From the NCBI RefSeq assembly GCF_004010195.1, contig NC_057711.1, positions 79,518,866-79,542,434 on the forward strand: a stretch of 23,569 nt of DNA, in the 5' to 3' direction. The notes under the pieces were generated by a model. That model was given only the letters and a program-made list of their open reading frames with translations. It was not told where the DNA came from and ran no database searches. Below, piece by piece: positions 12,025-22,492 of this stretch. Position numbers and translations under genes: made by a program. This DNA is from Chiloscyllium plagiosum. Lineage: Eukaryota. How positions within the stretch are numbered: position 1 is the stretch's first letter; every line of letters starts with the position of its first letter.

Positions 12025-12337
12025 CGTGAGGACTGCAGATACTGGAGATCAGAGCTAAAAAATATGTTGCTGGAAAAGCGCAGGCGGTCAGGCAGCATCC
12101 AAGGAGCAGGAGAATTGAAGTTTCAGGCATAAGCCCTTCTTCAGGAAATTTTCAACTAGGAGAAAGTGAGGACTGAAGATGCTGGAGATCAGAGCTGAAA
12201 AATGTGTTGCTGGAAAAGTGCAGCAGGTCAGGCAGCATCCAAGGAGCAGGAGAATCAACATTTTGGGCCGAAACATTGATTCCCCTGCTCCTTGGATGCT
12301 GCCTGACCTGCGCTTTTCCAGCAACACATTTTTCAGC
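12025..12337 (-). mobile_element. Composite PLE-like element (two direct units plus an inverted arm) in L1 ORF2
   Basis: Unit 1 about 12025-12146, unit 2 about 12159-12267, inverted arm about 12268-12337. TSD ctttgtct(t/a)gcaaaa (12010-12024 / 12337-12351, 1 mismatch). Confidence 0.88.
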
Positions 12338-14056
12338 TTTGTCTAGCAAAAACATGTTCTTTCTTTGCGTTTTTTGTCAGTATTGAATTCAAGGCAGCCC
12401 GGAGGGCCGTGATCCGCTGTAGCTTAGTCACCAAAGGACGGGCAAAAGGTGCTGCCTCAGCGGCTTTCAACTGCGTCTCAAGTAGACGCTGCTGTTTCTC
12501 CTTCAGTCGTTTCCAGCTAGCCGAATAAGAAATAGCTAATCCCCTAGCAAAGGCCTTGGCAGTCTCCCGTAGCATAGACGGAATACTAGCCGTGCCTGAG
12601 TTGATTGCCAAGAATTCCTGAAACTCCTTCAAGAGTTAGTCCACAAATTTGGAATCCTTAAGGAGAAAAGGGTCCAAACGCCAGTGCTGCAAACCTCGCC
12701 CTTCACTCTTGGCCTTAACCTCCAAATATACTGCCGCGTGGTCAGACATAGCTATATTCCCAATTTTACAACCCATAATCGAATCCAGAAGGGCCGAGGG
12801 AGCCAGAAAGAGGTCAATCCTTGTGTGACATTTATGTGGGTTTGAAAAAAAGGTGAAGTCCCTGCCGGTAGGGTGAGGACATTTCCAAATATCCACCAGC
12901 TCCAACTTCTTGCATAAGTCAACCACCTGCTTGGCCTGCGAAGAAATAGTTGGGGGCCCCCAAGGCATCCTGTCCACTGTCGGATCCAAAAGACAATTAA
13001 AGTGCCCCCCCCCTATAATAATGTGCCGTGTTCCAAAAGCACTCAACTTCGAGAATGCACTAATCAAAAATTTGAGGGGATGCACTGGAGGATAGTAGGC
13101 ATTTAAAATGCCATATTCCTCCCCATGTATCGGGGCTTTAAGTATCACAAACTGTCCATGCTCATCTTTCACCTGCTCTAATAATGTGAACTGAAGATTT
13201 TTCTGGATAAGTACTGCCAGTCCCTTACTTTTAATTGTAAAGGATGAAAAGGATACCCGATCATAACCCCCCTGTTGTAAATTTAGGTGTTCCCCATCAT
13301 CAAGATGAGTTTCCTGCAACAAAGCGATATCAACCCTTTCCCTCTTAAGGCTAGAAAACACTTTTTTTTTTCCTTTTAACAGGCAAATGACTTCCCTTAA
13401 TGTTCCAGGTGCACCATTTAATAAGACACTTAGCCATATCCCCTTTCAGAGACCCTTGAACCCCTGGGAGGGGGAACCCTGCTTACAAAGCGCCGAGCAT
13501 AAGTAAATAAAGACTCAGATGTTCGAAAAACTATATATACAAAAACTACTCTATCATAACTATAAACAACTATTACTACCAAAAAACTACAAGGAAAACC
13601 AACTATAAAACCTTGAATGGAAGACTCTCCCCCCTGCCCATACGGGGCACTCACCCAACCCATCCCCTCCTTCATAGCTCCTTCAAACCCGGACTGTGCC
13701 CCAGCCTTAGGCCAGAAAAAAACGAGGAGATGATCCTTAAATCAACAGAAAAATGACAGTCAGGATGAGCACTCCACCCATCCCTGGCTTCATGTCACCC
13801 CTACTTGTGACTAAAAGAGAAACATAGTAAACAAAAAAAAAGAGGGAGAGACAACAAAGAACATACACAAAATTTCCCATCAGAAAATTCAGTTATTAAA
13901 AAAAAAGGAACAACTTATTCCAAGGTCATCTGCCCCCCCCCTTTCCAAAAAGGAAATTATTAGGGAGAAAGAAAGGAATAAAAAAGAAGGAAGGGAAAAC
14001 ATGGGGAAAGATAGAAAAGAGAACAAACATTAACCATATTTTTCAGGCTGATCCAT

Positions 14057-15870
14057 CTATTTTAAAGTGTCCACAAGGTTTGTAGCTTTATCCGCTGAGT
14101 CAAACGTATAAACTGAGTCCTCGTGGCTGAAACGGAGCACTGCGGGGTATCTCGTGGAGTACTGGATGCCCAGGTTCCTCAGCCTCTTTTTAACTTCATC
14201 GAAGGATTTCCTCTTTCAAATTAAAGCTGCAGAGAAATCCTGGAAAAACATGATTTTTGACACCTTGTGCAGCAGTGCCTGTGGATCTTTTCCCAGGGAT
14301 CTGGAAGCTTCTGTGACTTTTTGCTTGTCCTTGTATGAGTGGAAGTGCACTAGGACTAGGCGGGGGTACTACACAGGCCCTGACCTGTGCACTGTAACCC
14401 AATAAGCCCTTTCAATCTGCAGCCTGCTGGACTCGATGTGAAGGCCCAAAACCTTCGGAGCCAGCTTTCAAAGAAGCTGACTGGCTGCTCACCTTCCTCA
14501 CACCGTCAGGGAGCCCAACAATCCATACGGAGGTATGGCATTGAGGGTGAGTTGGAGGTTTGGATTAGGAGTTGGCTGGCTGGAAGAAGACAGAGGGTAG
14601 TAGTTGATGGCAAAGGTTCATCTTGGAGTGCCGTCACTAGCGGTGTTCCGCAAGGATCTGTTTTGGGACCATTGCTGTTTGTCATTTTTATAAATGACCT
14701 GGAGGAGGGGTTAGAAAGTTGGGTGAGCAAGTTTGCGGATGATACGAAAGTCGGAGGAGTTGTAGACAGTGAGGAAGGATGTGGCAGGTTACAGCGGGAT
14801 ATAGATAAGCTGCAGAACTGGGCAGAAAGGTGGCAAATGGAGCTCAATGTAGCTAAGTGTGAGGTGATTCACTTTGGTAACAGTAATAAAAAGATGGGGT
14901 ACTGGGCTAAAGGTCGGATACTCGGTAGTGTGGATGAGCAGAGGGATCTTGGTGTCCATGTACACAAATCTTTGAAAGTTGCCACACAGGTAAATAGTGC
15001 GGTGAAGAAGGCATATGACGTACTGGCTTTTATTGGTAGAGGAATTGAGTTCCGGAGCCCTGAGGTCATGTTGCAGTTGTATAAGACTCTGGTGCAGCCG
15101 CATCTGGAGTATTGTGTGCAGTCTTGGTCGCCATACTATAGGAAGGATGTGGAGGCACTGGAACGGGTGCAGAGGAGGTTTACCAGGATGTTGCCTGGTA
15201 TGGTAGAAAGATCGTAGGAGGAAAGGCTGAGGCACTTGGGGTTGTTTTCATTGGTACTCAGTGAGTCGTGAGTTCATGGAATGCCCTGCCAGTAGCAGTG
15301 GTGGACTCTCCCTCATTATGGGCATTTAAGCGGGCATTGGATAGGCATATGGAGGATAGTGGGCTAATGTAGGTTAGGTGGGCTTGGATCGGCGCAACAT
15401 CGAGGGCTGAAGGGCCTGTACTGCGCTGTATTCTTCTATGTTCTATGTTCTATGTTCTAATCCGGAGATTTATCCTCCGACCTCGATTTTTGAGGTTGTC
15501 GATATGGTCTCGCAAGGCCCACACCTCTCACTCCAGCACCTGGATCCAACTGTATGAGGACTCCATCGCAGCTTTTGACCCTCCACCTCCTCCAGCCTCT
15601 CCCTGAGGCACTGGATCTCCTGCTTATGCTTCTGCAGCATGGATGCAATAGGTTGGACCTGGGCATGAATCTCCCCACGGATGTCCTCAATCGCAGCCCC
15701 AACTTTCAAGGTAAGTCTCTCCATTGCCGCAGCCAATTCCTGTGAGTCTGTTAGGTCCCAGGGGGTTCAGGAGAGGCTGCTCCTGGTGTTGCTGCAGTTT
15801 CTGGTGTGATAGGTGCTGCAGGGGAGTGTCCTCCCTGCTGCTGTTTGCTCGCTCATTTTCCCTTTGGCAT
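14057..15870 (-). pseudogene. L1 ORF1 (coiled coil, RRM, CTD), split by a CR1 insertion
   Basis: Coiled-coil-like MLQKHKQEIQCLRERLEEVEG. HIDNLKNRGRRINLRI joins across the insert to VGLP, giving the L1 ORF1 'LENRxRRxNLRIxGLPE' motif. C-terminal KIMFFQDFSA...KRKSFDEVKKRL...YPAVLRF...LVDTLK*. Confidence 0.85.
14525..15458 (+). mobile_element. 5'-truncated CR1 (HER1-like) LINE with RT core, nested antisense in L1 ORF1
   Basis: SGVPQGSVLGPLLFVIFINDL, KFADDTK, LQRDIDKL..WAERWQM, LEYCVQSWSP. (TTCTATG)3 tail. 5-bp TSD aatcc (14520-14524 / 15459-15463). Apparent internal deletion near 15253. Confidence 0.95.
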
Positions 15871-16016
15871 CCTTCCCACTCCCAAATATTAACAAATGTG
15901 CGTTCTGTAAGGTTTTAAACTAATAACTCCACCACATAAGTTGGCCAGGGATGGTAAAAAACACCAGTATTCCTTGGCTGTTAGGCAGAGCTGTCCACAG
16001 CAGTTCTACAGAATCA

Positions 16017-16027
16017 CCGCCATCTTG
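16017..16027 (-). promoter_or_regulatory. YY1-type motif at the L1 5' end (CAAGATGGCGG)
   Basis: ccgccatcttg on + matches the YY1 consensus CGCCATNTT and lies 6 bp inside the TSD-defined 5' end, the position typical of vertebrate L1 internal promoters. Confidence 0.6.
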
Positions 16028-16224
16028 CCAAGTTCACTTTGTCTTTGATACTGTATTCATCTCCCATCAAGGCTGATGCTCCACTACTCTCTCAATGCAT
16101 GCAACATCTTCCCTCACACACTGTAACCACTTCAAACCCCTGACACCACTAACTCTGCATACCGTCAGTGTTGCTTGCCCACCTGCTTTCATCTCCGTGA
16201 AAGTCTGCCTATGTTTTATTCCAG

Positions 16225-16344
16225 GCGAAAGCAGCCCACAGTTGGTCAGAGAGAGTCAAGACGGGTGGTGGGTTGCCTAACATTCAGCTCCTCACTCGTT
16301 ATATAGAGTGCATCCACATTCTGATCACCCAAGTCACTGTCTGA
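16225..16344 (+). pseudogene. Harbinger-type Myb/SANT-like protein, decayed exon 2
   Basis: Acceptor tgttttattccag, then AKAAHSWSERVKTGGGLPNIQLLTRYIE. The KTGGG motif follows the trihelix domain in this family. Joins exon 1 in phase 0. Confidence 0.6.
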
Positions 16345-17280
16345 CTGTTTCCGATCCCCTGGGCTAGTACTGGGGCTGTATTTGGCTTACTGTGCTGGGA
16401 ACCTTGAGCAAAGGCAATCCCCATTGATTTAACTTAGGCTTACTGACAGTCATAACAAGCTTACTTATTTGTCTGTGCGCTGAATGGCAAAGCAAGTCTG
16501 AAGCAATGTGAGCCTGGTATCCCTGACTGAGGGGGAAAAGTGCAAAGAGGGAAGATTTGATATATGTCATGAGGTTATCATGTCAGATGCCAGTGATCAT
16601 GGATGTGGGATTTGAATGGCTGATGCTCTTGGAGTCTGCAAACATGGAGGTCACTCAGTGCAAGCATTGAGCTGAAGCTGCCAAGTACCTGCACTGATGT
16701 CCATGTCAACATTTTTGTGATGTTTAGATTGTTTGACAAGTTTCATAAAATAGAAAGCTGAATATTAATGAGGTAAGTTGGGTATCAACGAAGCACTTAT
16801 CAAACAATAATCTTCCTTAATTTGCTACTCGCCCGACCCTAACAAGGTAGGTACCTTGTCACTGAAACTCATAAAAGATGGTGCAAATTGTTTCTGCCAT
16901 TGAGATCAGCCTTAGCGGACTTCTCATCTAATTTTGCCAGATGCCTTACACAGCCTGCATTCCTCAGACCCTTGTTACGTTCCAACTATAGATTTTATTG
17001 GTGATTTCATCATATTGGTAAATTTGAATTTGGTGGTCAAATTGACTTTACTGTCTGCTTCTAATCATATTTACTTCACTGATGCAGTGATTGCTTATTT
17101 TTGCTTTTGAGTTTGTCACGTTGCATTTAATACAGAACTCCCATGTGGGTTTTTTTTGGCTATGATCACATATGTTTACGGTGAACCCACGAGTAAGAAA
17201 ATTGTGTTTCCTGATTGACACAAAGTCCACTTTTAGCCTCTGGCCTTCATTTATTTTTAGTATAGTGAGATCTGTTTTTG

Positions 17281-17486
17281 CTGAAAATGTGTTGCTGGAA
17301 AAGCGCAGCAGGTCAGGCAGCATCCAGGGAACAGGAGAATCGACGTTTCGGGCATAAGCCCTTCTTCAGGCTTATGCCCGAAACGTCGATTCTCCTGTTC
17401 CCTGGATGCTGCCTGACCTGCTGCGCTTTTCCAGCAACACATTTTCAGCTCTGATCTCCAGCATCTGCAGACCTCACTTTCTCCTC
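17281..17486. mobile_element. Young palindromic PLE-like hammerhead-bearing element
   Basis: Perfect 81-bp inverted repeat (17280-17360 / 17369-17449, 8-nt spacer). 35-nt tail 17450-17484. TSD tgagatctgtttttg (17266-17280 / 17487-17501). Confidence 0.93.
17342..17369 (-). ncRNA. Minimal type I hammerhead-ribozyme-like core
   Basis: Minus strand CUGAAGA-A-GGGC-UUAU-GCCC-GAAA-C-GUC, identical to 4344-4371. Confidence 0.6.
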
Positions 17487-17691
17487 TGAGATCTGTTTTT
17501 GTCTTGAGAAGTAGGTTTCATTGTTACCAGTAAATTTACTGGTGATTTCCGACATATGATAGCTTTGTATGTTGTACATACTTCCCCAGCTTCCTCGGAG
17601 TTGCAGTAGATTACAGCAGATCTAAAGATTTTACTTTCATTTTTGGTCAAAAACAAAATTGATCCTCCTATTTCTAATAGACATTAAGAGG

Positions 17692-18940
17692 ATCATAGAG
17701 TCCTATAACATGGATATGGCCGAACTCGTCTACGCTGACCAGGGGTCATAAATTGAACTAATTTCATTTGCCTGCATTTGACCCACATCCCTCTAAATAT
17801 TTCCTATTCATGTACTTATCCAAATGTCTTTCAAATATTGTAATGTCACATCCTTTGGCAGCCCGTTCCATGTACGCTGCACTCTGTGTGAAAAAGTTGG
17901 CCCTTTAAGTCAGAGAGTCATGGAGTCATAGAGATGTACAGCACAGAAACAGACCCTTCGGTCCACTTGTCCATGCCGACCAGATAACAACCCAATCTAG
18001 TCCGACCTGCCAGCACCTGGCCCATATCTCTCCAAACCCTTCCTACAAATATACCCATCCAGATGCCTTTTAAATGTTGCAACTGTACTAGCCTCCACCA
18101 GTTCCTCTGGCAGCTCATTCCATACACGTACCTCCCTCTGTGTGGAAACATTGCCCCTTAGGTCTCTTCTATATCTTTCCCCTCTCACCCTAAACCTAGG
18201 CTGTCTAATTCTGGACTCCGCCACGACAGGGAAAATACTTTGTCTATTTATCCTGTCCATGCCCCTCATGATTTTATAAACCTCTATAAAGTCACCCCTC
18301 AGCCTCCAACACTTAAAGGAAAACAGCCCTAGTCTATTCAGCCTCTCCCTATAGCCTAAATCCTCCAACTCTGGCAACAGACTTGTAAATCTTTACTGAA
18401 CCCTTTCAAGTTTCACAACATCCTTCTGATAGGAAGGAGACCAGAATTGCATGCAATATTCCAACAGTGGCCTAACCAATGTCCTGTACAGCCACAACAT
18501 GACCTCCCAACCCCTGTATTCAATACTCTGACCAATAGAGGAAAGCATACCAAATGCCTTCTTCACTATCCTATCTACCTGCGACTCTATTTTCAAGGAG
18601 CTGTGAACCTGCACTCCAAGGTCTCTTTGTTCAGCAACACTCCCTAGGAACTTACCAATAAGTCCTGCCAAGATTTGCTTTCCCAAAATGCAGCACCTCA
18701 CATTTATCTAAATTAAACTCCATCTGCCACTTCACAGCCCGTTGGCCCATCTGATCAAGATCCTGTTGTAGTCTGAGATAACCTTCTTCGCTGTGCACTA
18801 CACCTCCAATTTTGGTGTTATCTCCAAACTTATTGACTGTAGCTCTTATGCACATGTCCAAATCATTTATATAAATGAAAAGTCCCTTTTAAATCTTTCC
18901 CCTTAAACCTAGTTTTAGACTTCCCTACCCAGGGAAAAGA
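17692..18940 (-). mobile_element. Older CR1 3' fragment split by a younger CR1
   Basis: 17692-17911 is a diverged CR1 3' end (ccctctaaatatttcctattcatgtacttatccaaatg...gtgtgaaaaagttg) that resumes at 18880-18940 (aagtcccttttaaatctttcc...ccctacccagggaaaaga). Confidence 0.75.
17912..18879 (-). mobile_element. 5'-truncated CR1 (HER1-like) LINE
   Basis: ORFs 18652-18861, 18393-18701 and 17997-18377 give KFGDNTKIGG, QRDLGVQV, LYRTLVRPLLEYCMQFWSP, RERLNRLGLFS. Tail of (CTCTATGA)-like units. 5-bp TSD aagtc (17907-17911 / 18880-18884). Confidence 0.93.
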
Positions 18941-19090
18941 AGCTGTGAAATCTTATGTGTCTATGGCAGTAATTCATGGTCCACATGTACATTAGAAGTA
19001 TGTTTGTTTGTTTTCCAAGATGTAAGGCAAGGTGGCATACAAGAAAGGAGCCTGTGCTCCACCAATGATTTGCATCAATTGCACAGATTG

Positions 19091-19299
19091 TAGAAGCAAA
19101 TTACTGCAGATGCTGGAATCTGAACTGAAAACAAAAAAAATACTGGAGATCACAGTGGATCAAGCAGCATCCATAGAGAGAAAGCAAGCTAATATTTTGA
19201 CTCTGTATGACTCTTCATCCATCTAGACTCAAAATATTAGCTTGCTTTCTTTTCATGAATGTTGCCCAGCCCACTGCAATATCCAGCATTTTTGTTTTC
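19091..19299. mobile_element. Palindromic PLE-like element, third subfamily, decayed hammerhead core
   Basis: TSD attg(c/t)acagattg (19078-19090 / 19300-19312). Inverted arms aaagcaagctaatattttga / tcaaaatattagcttgcttt. Core reconstructed from both arms: GATGA-A-GAGTC-ATCTA-GACTC-(A)AAA. Tail 19091-19125 (35 nt). Confidence 0.75.
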
Positions 19300-19869
19300 A
19301 TTGTACAGATTGATTTGCATGCCAGGACCAGACTGATCTGCCTTGTTTCTAGAAGTCAGTAGAAATACATGTCAATGCCCATAATCTTTATGATGCTTCT
19401 TCTCTCATATGAGAACAATTCTCAATTGTTGGGCAGTGTGAGGAAGGAAATCTTGTTGTCACCAGCTACTGAATACATTTGTTAAGCAGTTCAGATGCTT
19501 TGAAGTCGTTGACAAGAGAATTATGCAGAATTAATCAAAAGTGGCAGCAGCAAAGAAGAAAACAGAGCTATTATAATATCTAGAGTTATACTGTTCCTGA
19601 CATTACACAGGGAAGAGTTCAGCACTAATACTAAGAATAAAACCAGCTATTGGAAAATGTAAAGTCGTCAAAAGAAAGTAACATTATAGACCAGCAATTT
19701 CATGTGATTGAAACAATGTTTGGCAATCTGCATGATAAATGAGTTTCCGTTTTTGCGAGACTTTTTTAACTTGCAATTTTTAACTAAAAAATTATTTAAT
19801 TAGAAAGCTGTAGAAAGAAAGTTTAATAATTCACAGAAATGTCATTAAACTTAACAATGAAATTTTCCA

Positions 19870-20020
19870 TGCTGAAGATTTAAGATAATTGGCAAAAGCA
19901 GCAGATGGAAAATTAGGACAATTTATTTCATGCATTGTGTTATGATTTCAGTGCATTATACAGCCTGAAAGCGGGTAAAAGCAGGTTCGGTACGAACTTT
20001 CAAAAGGAAATTGGATATAG
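19870..20020 (+). mobile_element. Very old CR1 3' fragment
   Basis: tttaagataattggcaaaag...tttatttcatgca...gcctgaaag...gcaggttc...actttcaaaaggaaattggata parallels the CR1 C-terminal FKIIGK...FF..RVV..WN.LPE...FKRELD. Confidence 0.55.
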
Positions 20021-20569
20021 TCTGAAGACATTTCATGGTGCATGGTGGAGCCAGCTCTCTGGATTCAAGTCCCAACTTAGGATTTGGTGCCCATAGAAAA
20101 TATGTCATAATACGGCTGGAGAGATTGATTATCAATATATAAACCTTCCAATAAGTCTGTATTAGGTTCCCAAGCTTTTTCTTGATATTCTAAGTTAGTT
20201 GATTTTGTTTGGGAGATTGTGATTGACCTTTTGGCTAACGAAGGGGAAAAAAAAACTGACAGCCAGATCCCTAACGAGAGGAAGATTTGCTTTATCTGTG
20301 TTCTGTTGTACTTTACAATAACTTACCTTCTCTTGCTGTGTAGACCAGTGCATGAACAAGTATCACCTTGCAAATTTTCCAGGACCTATTTAACTAAACC
20401 TCAGAAAAACTCAGTAGAAGGGAGGAGTTCTAGGATGGGTGGTGCCATCAGCCGGAGACAACTAAAGGTTCTTGTCTGAAAGGTTCTCTAGGTATCGTTC
20501 CTAATCTGGAGGAGCTTAAATATCTCTTTTATGGATCTGGCTGAACCAGACTTCTCATAACAGTTGCAT

Positions 20570-21250
20570 CTGTTTGATACTGAGCTGAACTTCCTCTTTG
20601 TTACGAAATCATTTACATGCTGCTCTATCATAGCATCTTTCTCTGCTCTGTCTAAAGTCATTTGCTAAAGTTCTTATCCATGACTTTGTTGTCTCCAGAC
20701 CAGACTATTCACGTGTTTTCCTGACACCCTCTCTTCTAGATTTCTGAAGCTCAGGCTGATCCAATATTATTAGTCTGTTTACATCTTAACTTGCACCAAA
20801 TCACATTCACCTATTATCCCTGTCTTCACTGAGCTGTATGGGCTCCTGATCCAGCAAAACCTTGATCTTAAAATTCTCATCCTCATATTCAAATCCCTCC
20901 CTTGCCTCATGCCTTTCATGTTTCTGAAACTTTCTCTACTCCTGCCCCTCATCAAACCCTGTATTCCTCCAATTACAACCTCTATTGCACACCCATCCTT
21001 GCCTCACAGGTGATCTTGTGTCTTCAGCTATCTAGGTCCTAAACTCTGGAATTTCATCTCAAATTTCCTGCCTTTCTGTAAGACGCTAGTTGAAAACTAA
21101 CTCATTGACCCAAGTTTCGGTCACACATTCTAATATTTATTTCTGTGGTTCACTGTCAATTTTTATAAATGCATTTTGATCACTCCTGTAAAGTGCTTTA
21201 AGGTGCTTCACTATGTTAAACGTGCTCTGTAAGTGCAAGTTGTTGTTATT
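20570..21250 (+). mobile_element. Old L2-clade LINE 3' fragment
   Basis: LIHDFVVSRPDYS (LIHAFVTSRLDY-like), PIIPVFTELYGLLIQQNLDLKILILIFKSL (HITPVL..LHWLP...FKIL-like), FSYLGPKLWN. L2-type end tgtaaagtgcttt...gtgctctgtaagtgcaagttgttgtt. Confidence 0.8.
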
Positions 21251-21262
21251 GAGACTCACCAG

Positions 21263-21495
21263 TTAAAAAGACAAAATTGCTGGAGAAACTCAGTCAATCT
21301 GGCAACATCTGTGGAGAGAAAGCAGAGCTAATATTTCAAGCCCAGTAATCCTTCTTCAGAACGGTGCTAAATAAGGATCAAAGGACTCGAAACATCAACT
21401 CCTCTTCTTTCCACAGATGCTGCCAGACCTGCTGAATTTCTCTAGCATTTTCTGTTTTTGTTTCAGATTTCCAGCACCACAGTTTTTTATTTTAT
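21263..21495. mobile_element. Decayed palindromic PLE-like element, older subfamily
   Basis: Inverted arms tgctggagaaactcag...tctggcaacatctgtggagaga / ctttccacagatgctgccagacctgctgaatttctctagca. Minus strand retains CTGAAGA-A-GGATT-ACTG-GGCTT-GAAA; plus arm retains ggactcgaaacatcaactc. No clear TSD. Confidence 0.7.
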
Positions 21496-22492
21496 CTTAT
21501 TTGGTTTGTTGAGGTAATGTTGAAATGAGCCAAAGTATTTTCTTAAAGTCTTTGAGAATTTTCAAAACCAGTATGAAGAAAATATTATCGTGCTTGGCAT
21601 TAACTTTTTAATCTCTACCATAGCATACAGAGAAGAGAAGGTTTCAATGCTGGCTATTGGTGAGTTTGAGAAGTGTCAAAATGAAGATCTACCAATTGAT
21701 CTCTTCAAATTAGCATACTGTGGTGTTTTATTTATGCTAGAGCATAGAAAATTACAATAAGCAACTGTGCCAACATTTTCTCATTATTTCTCTCTTGTTT
21801 GACTTTGCTTTTCATGCTTGATCTCTCTTTTGTGGCCACTTTCTCTTACACATGCACATGTGTTTTGCCTATGTTTGTCTCTTTCCTGCCATTCACCTTT
21901 TACTATTGTTTTAAGTCAGGAGACAAATTTTCTTTTTCATGGGTAGCCAATTAGGGAGATATACAGCTAACAAATTTGCTGCTGTGATGCTATTGAAAGT
22001 GTGTCAAAAATTGTATTAGTTTGAAGTGCTTCAAGTGAATTTATGGTAAGGTGAAAATGGTTTGTAGGAAATTGACAGTTTATGCAAACAATTAAGATTT
22101 AATTGAATGAGCAAATGAAGAGAAAGGAAATTCATCTTCCTCTTTCCTTTCCCATTCTTTTTCTACCTTTCTAGGAATGTAGAAGAAATACATAATACAT
22201 AGAAAATTCACTGAAAAAGATTTCATATGAAAACAAAGTAACAGATCCATATCAGGCTGGGAAAGGGGAGATGAAAGGAGGGAGAAAAATTCATAGAAGT
22301 GCCCACTCTCTAACAGCTGTCACTTATTTCCATTTTCCACCTTTTCTCACAATCCTGCAATCTTTTCTTTTATTTAAGCATGTATCCAGTTCCCACTTGA
22401 GAATAATATGATCTTTTACTTGATAGTTAATTTCTCTTTCTTGCCTCTTTTTCGAAGCAGATTAACAAAGATGGCAGGTTGTTAATTATACT

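Larger units (their letters stand above)
9282..13437 (-). pseudogene. L1 ORF2 (APE endonuclease, reverse transcriptase, C-terminal CCHC), disrupted
   Basis: Starts MAKCLIKWCTWNIKG. APE motifs LLQETH, IIIGGGHFN, RIDLF, SDH. RT motifs GKAPGPDGLP, YRPTS, DQTGFI, EKAFDRVEW, RGSRQGYPLSPLLF, LYTNDVLL (decayed YADD). CPKC...HCFWTC. Ends FYKTWQPYLSYL...SV*. Multiple frameshifts and stops plus two inserts. Confidence 0.92.
8927..16033 (-). mobile_element. Full-length, decayed L1-clade LINE with nested insertions
   Basis: 13-bp TSD tcactttgtcttt (8914-8926 / 16034-16046). 5' end carries CAAGATGGCGG. ORF1, about 620-bp T-rich spacer, ORF2 (APE-RT-CCHC), 3' UTR with AATAAA (8943-8948 on minus) and a short A-rich tail. 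Confidence 0.93.

Noticed and set aside
14387..15217. 276-aa ORF with intact RT motifs as a functional gene
   Set aside because: It is a chimera of antisense L1 ORF1 sequence and a 5'-truncated CR1 starting at 14525, with a non-ATG start, a premature stop and no endonuclease.
20321..20390. Minus-strand consensus donor AAG|GTAAGT with a possible 59-nt exon
   Set aside because: The acceptor is weak, the peptide is unrecognised, and such motifs are expected by chance in 23 kb.
22135..22205. Strong polypyrimidine tract plus AG (acceptor at 22174)
   Set aside because: All three frames stop within about 30 nt and no nearby donor is evident.
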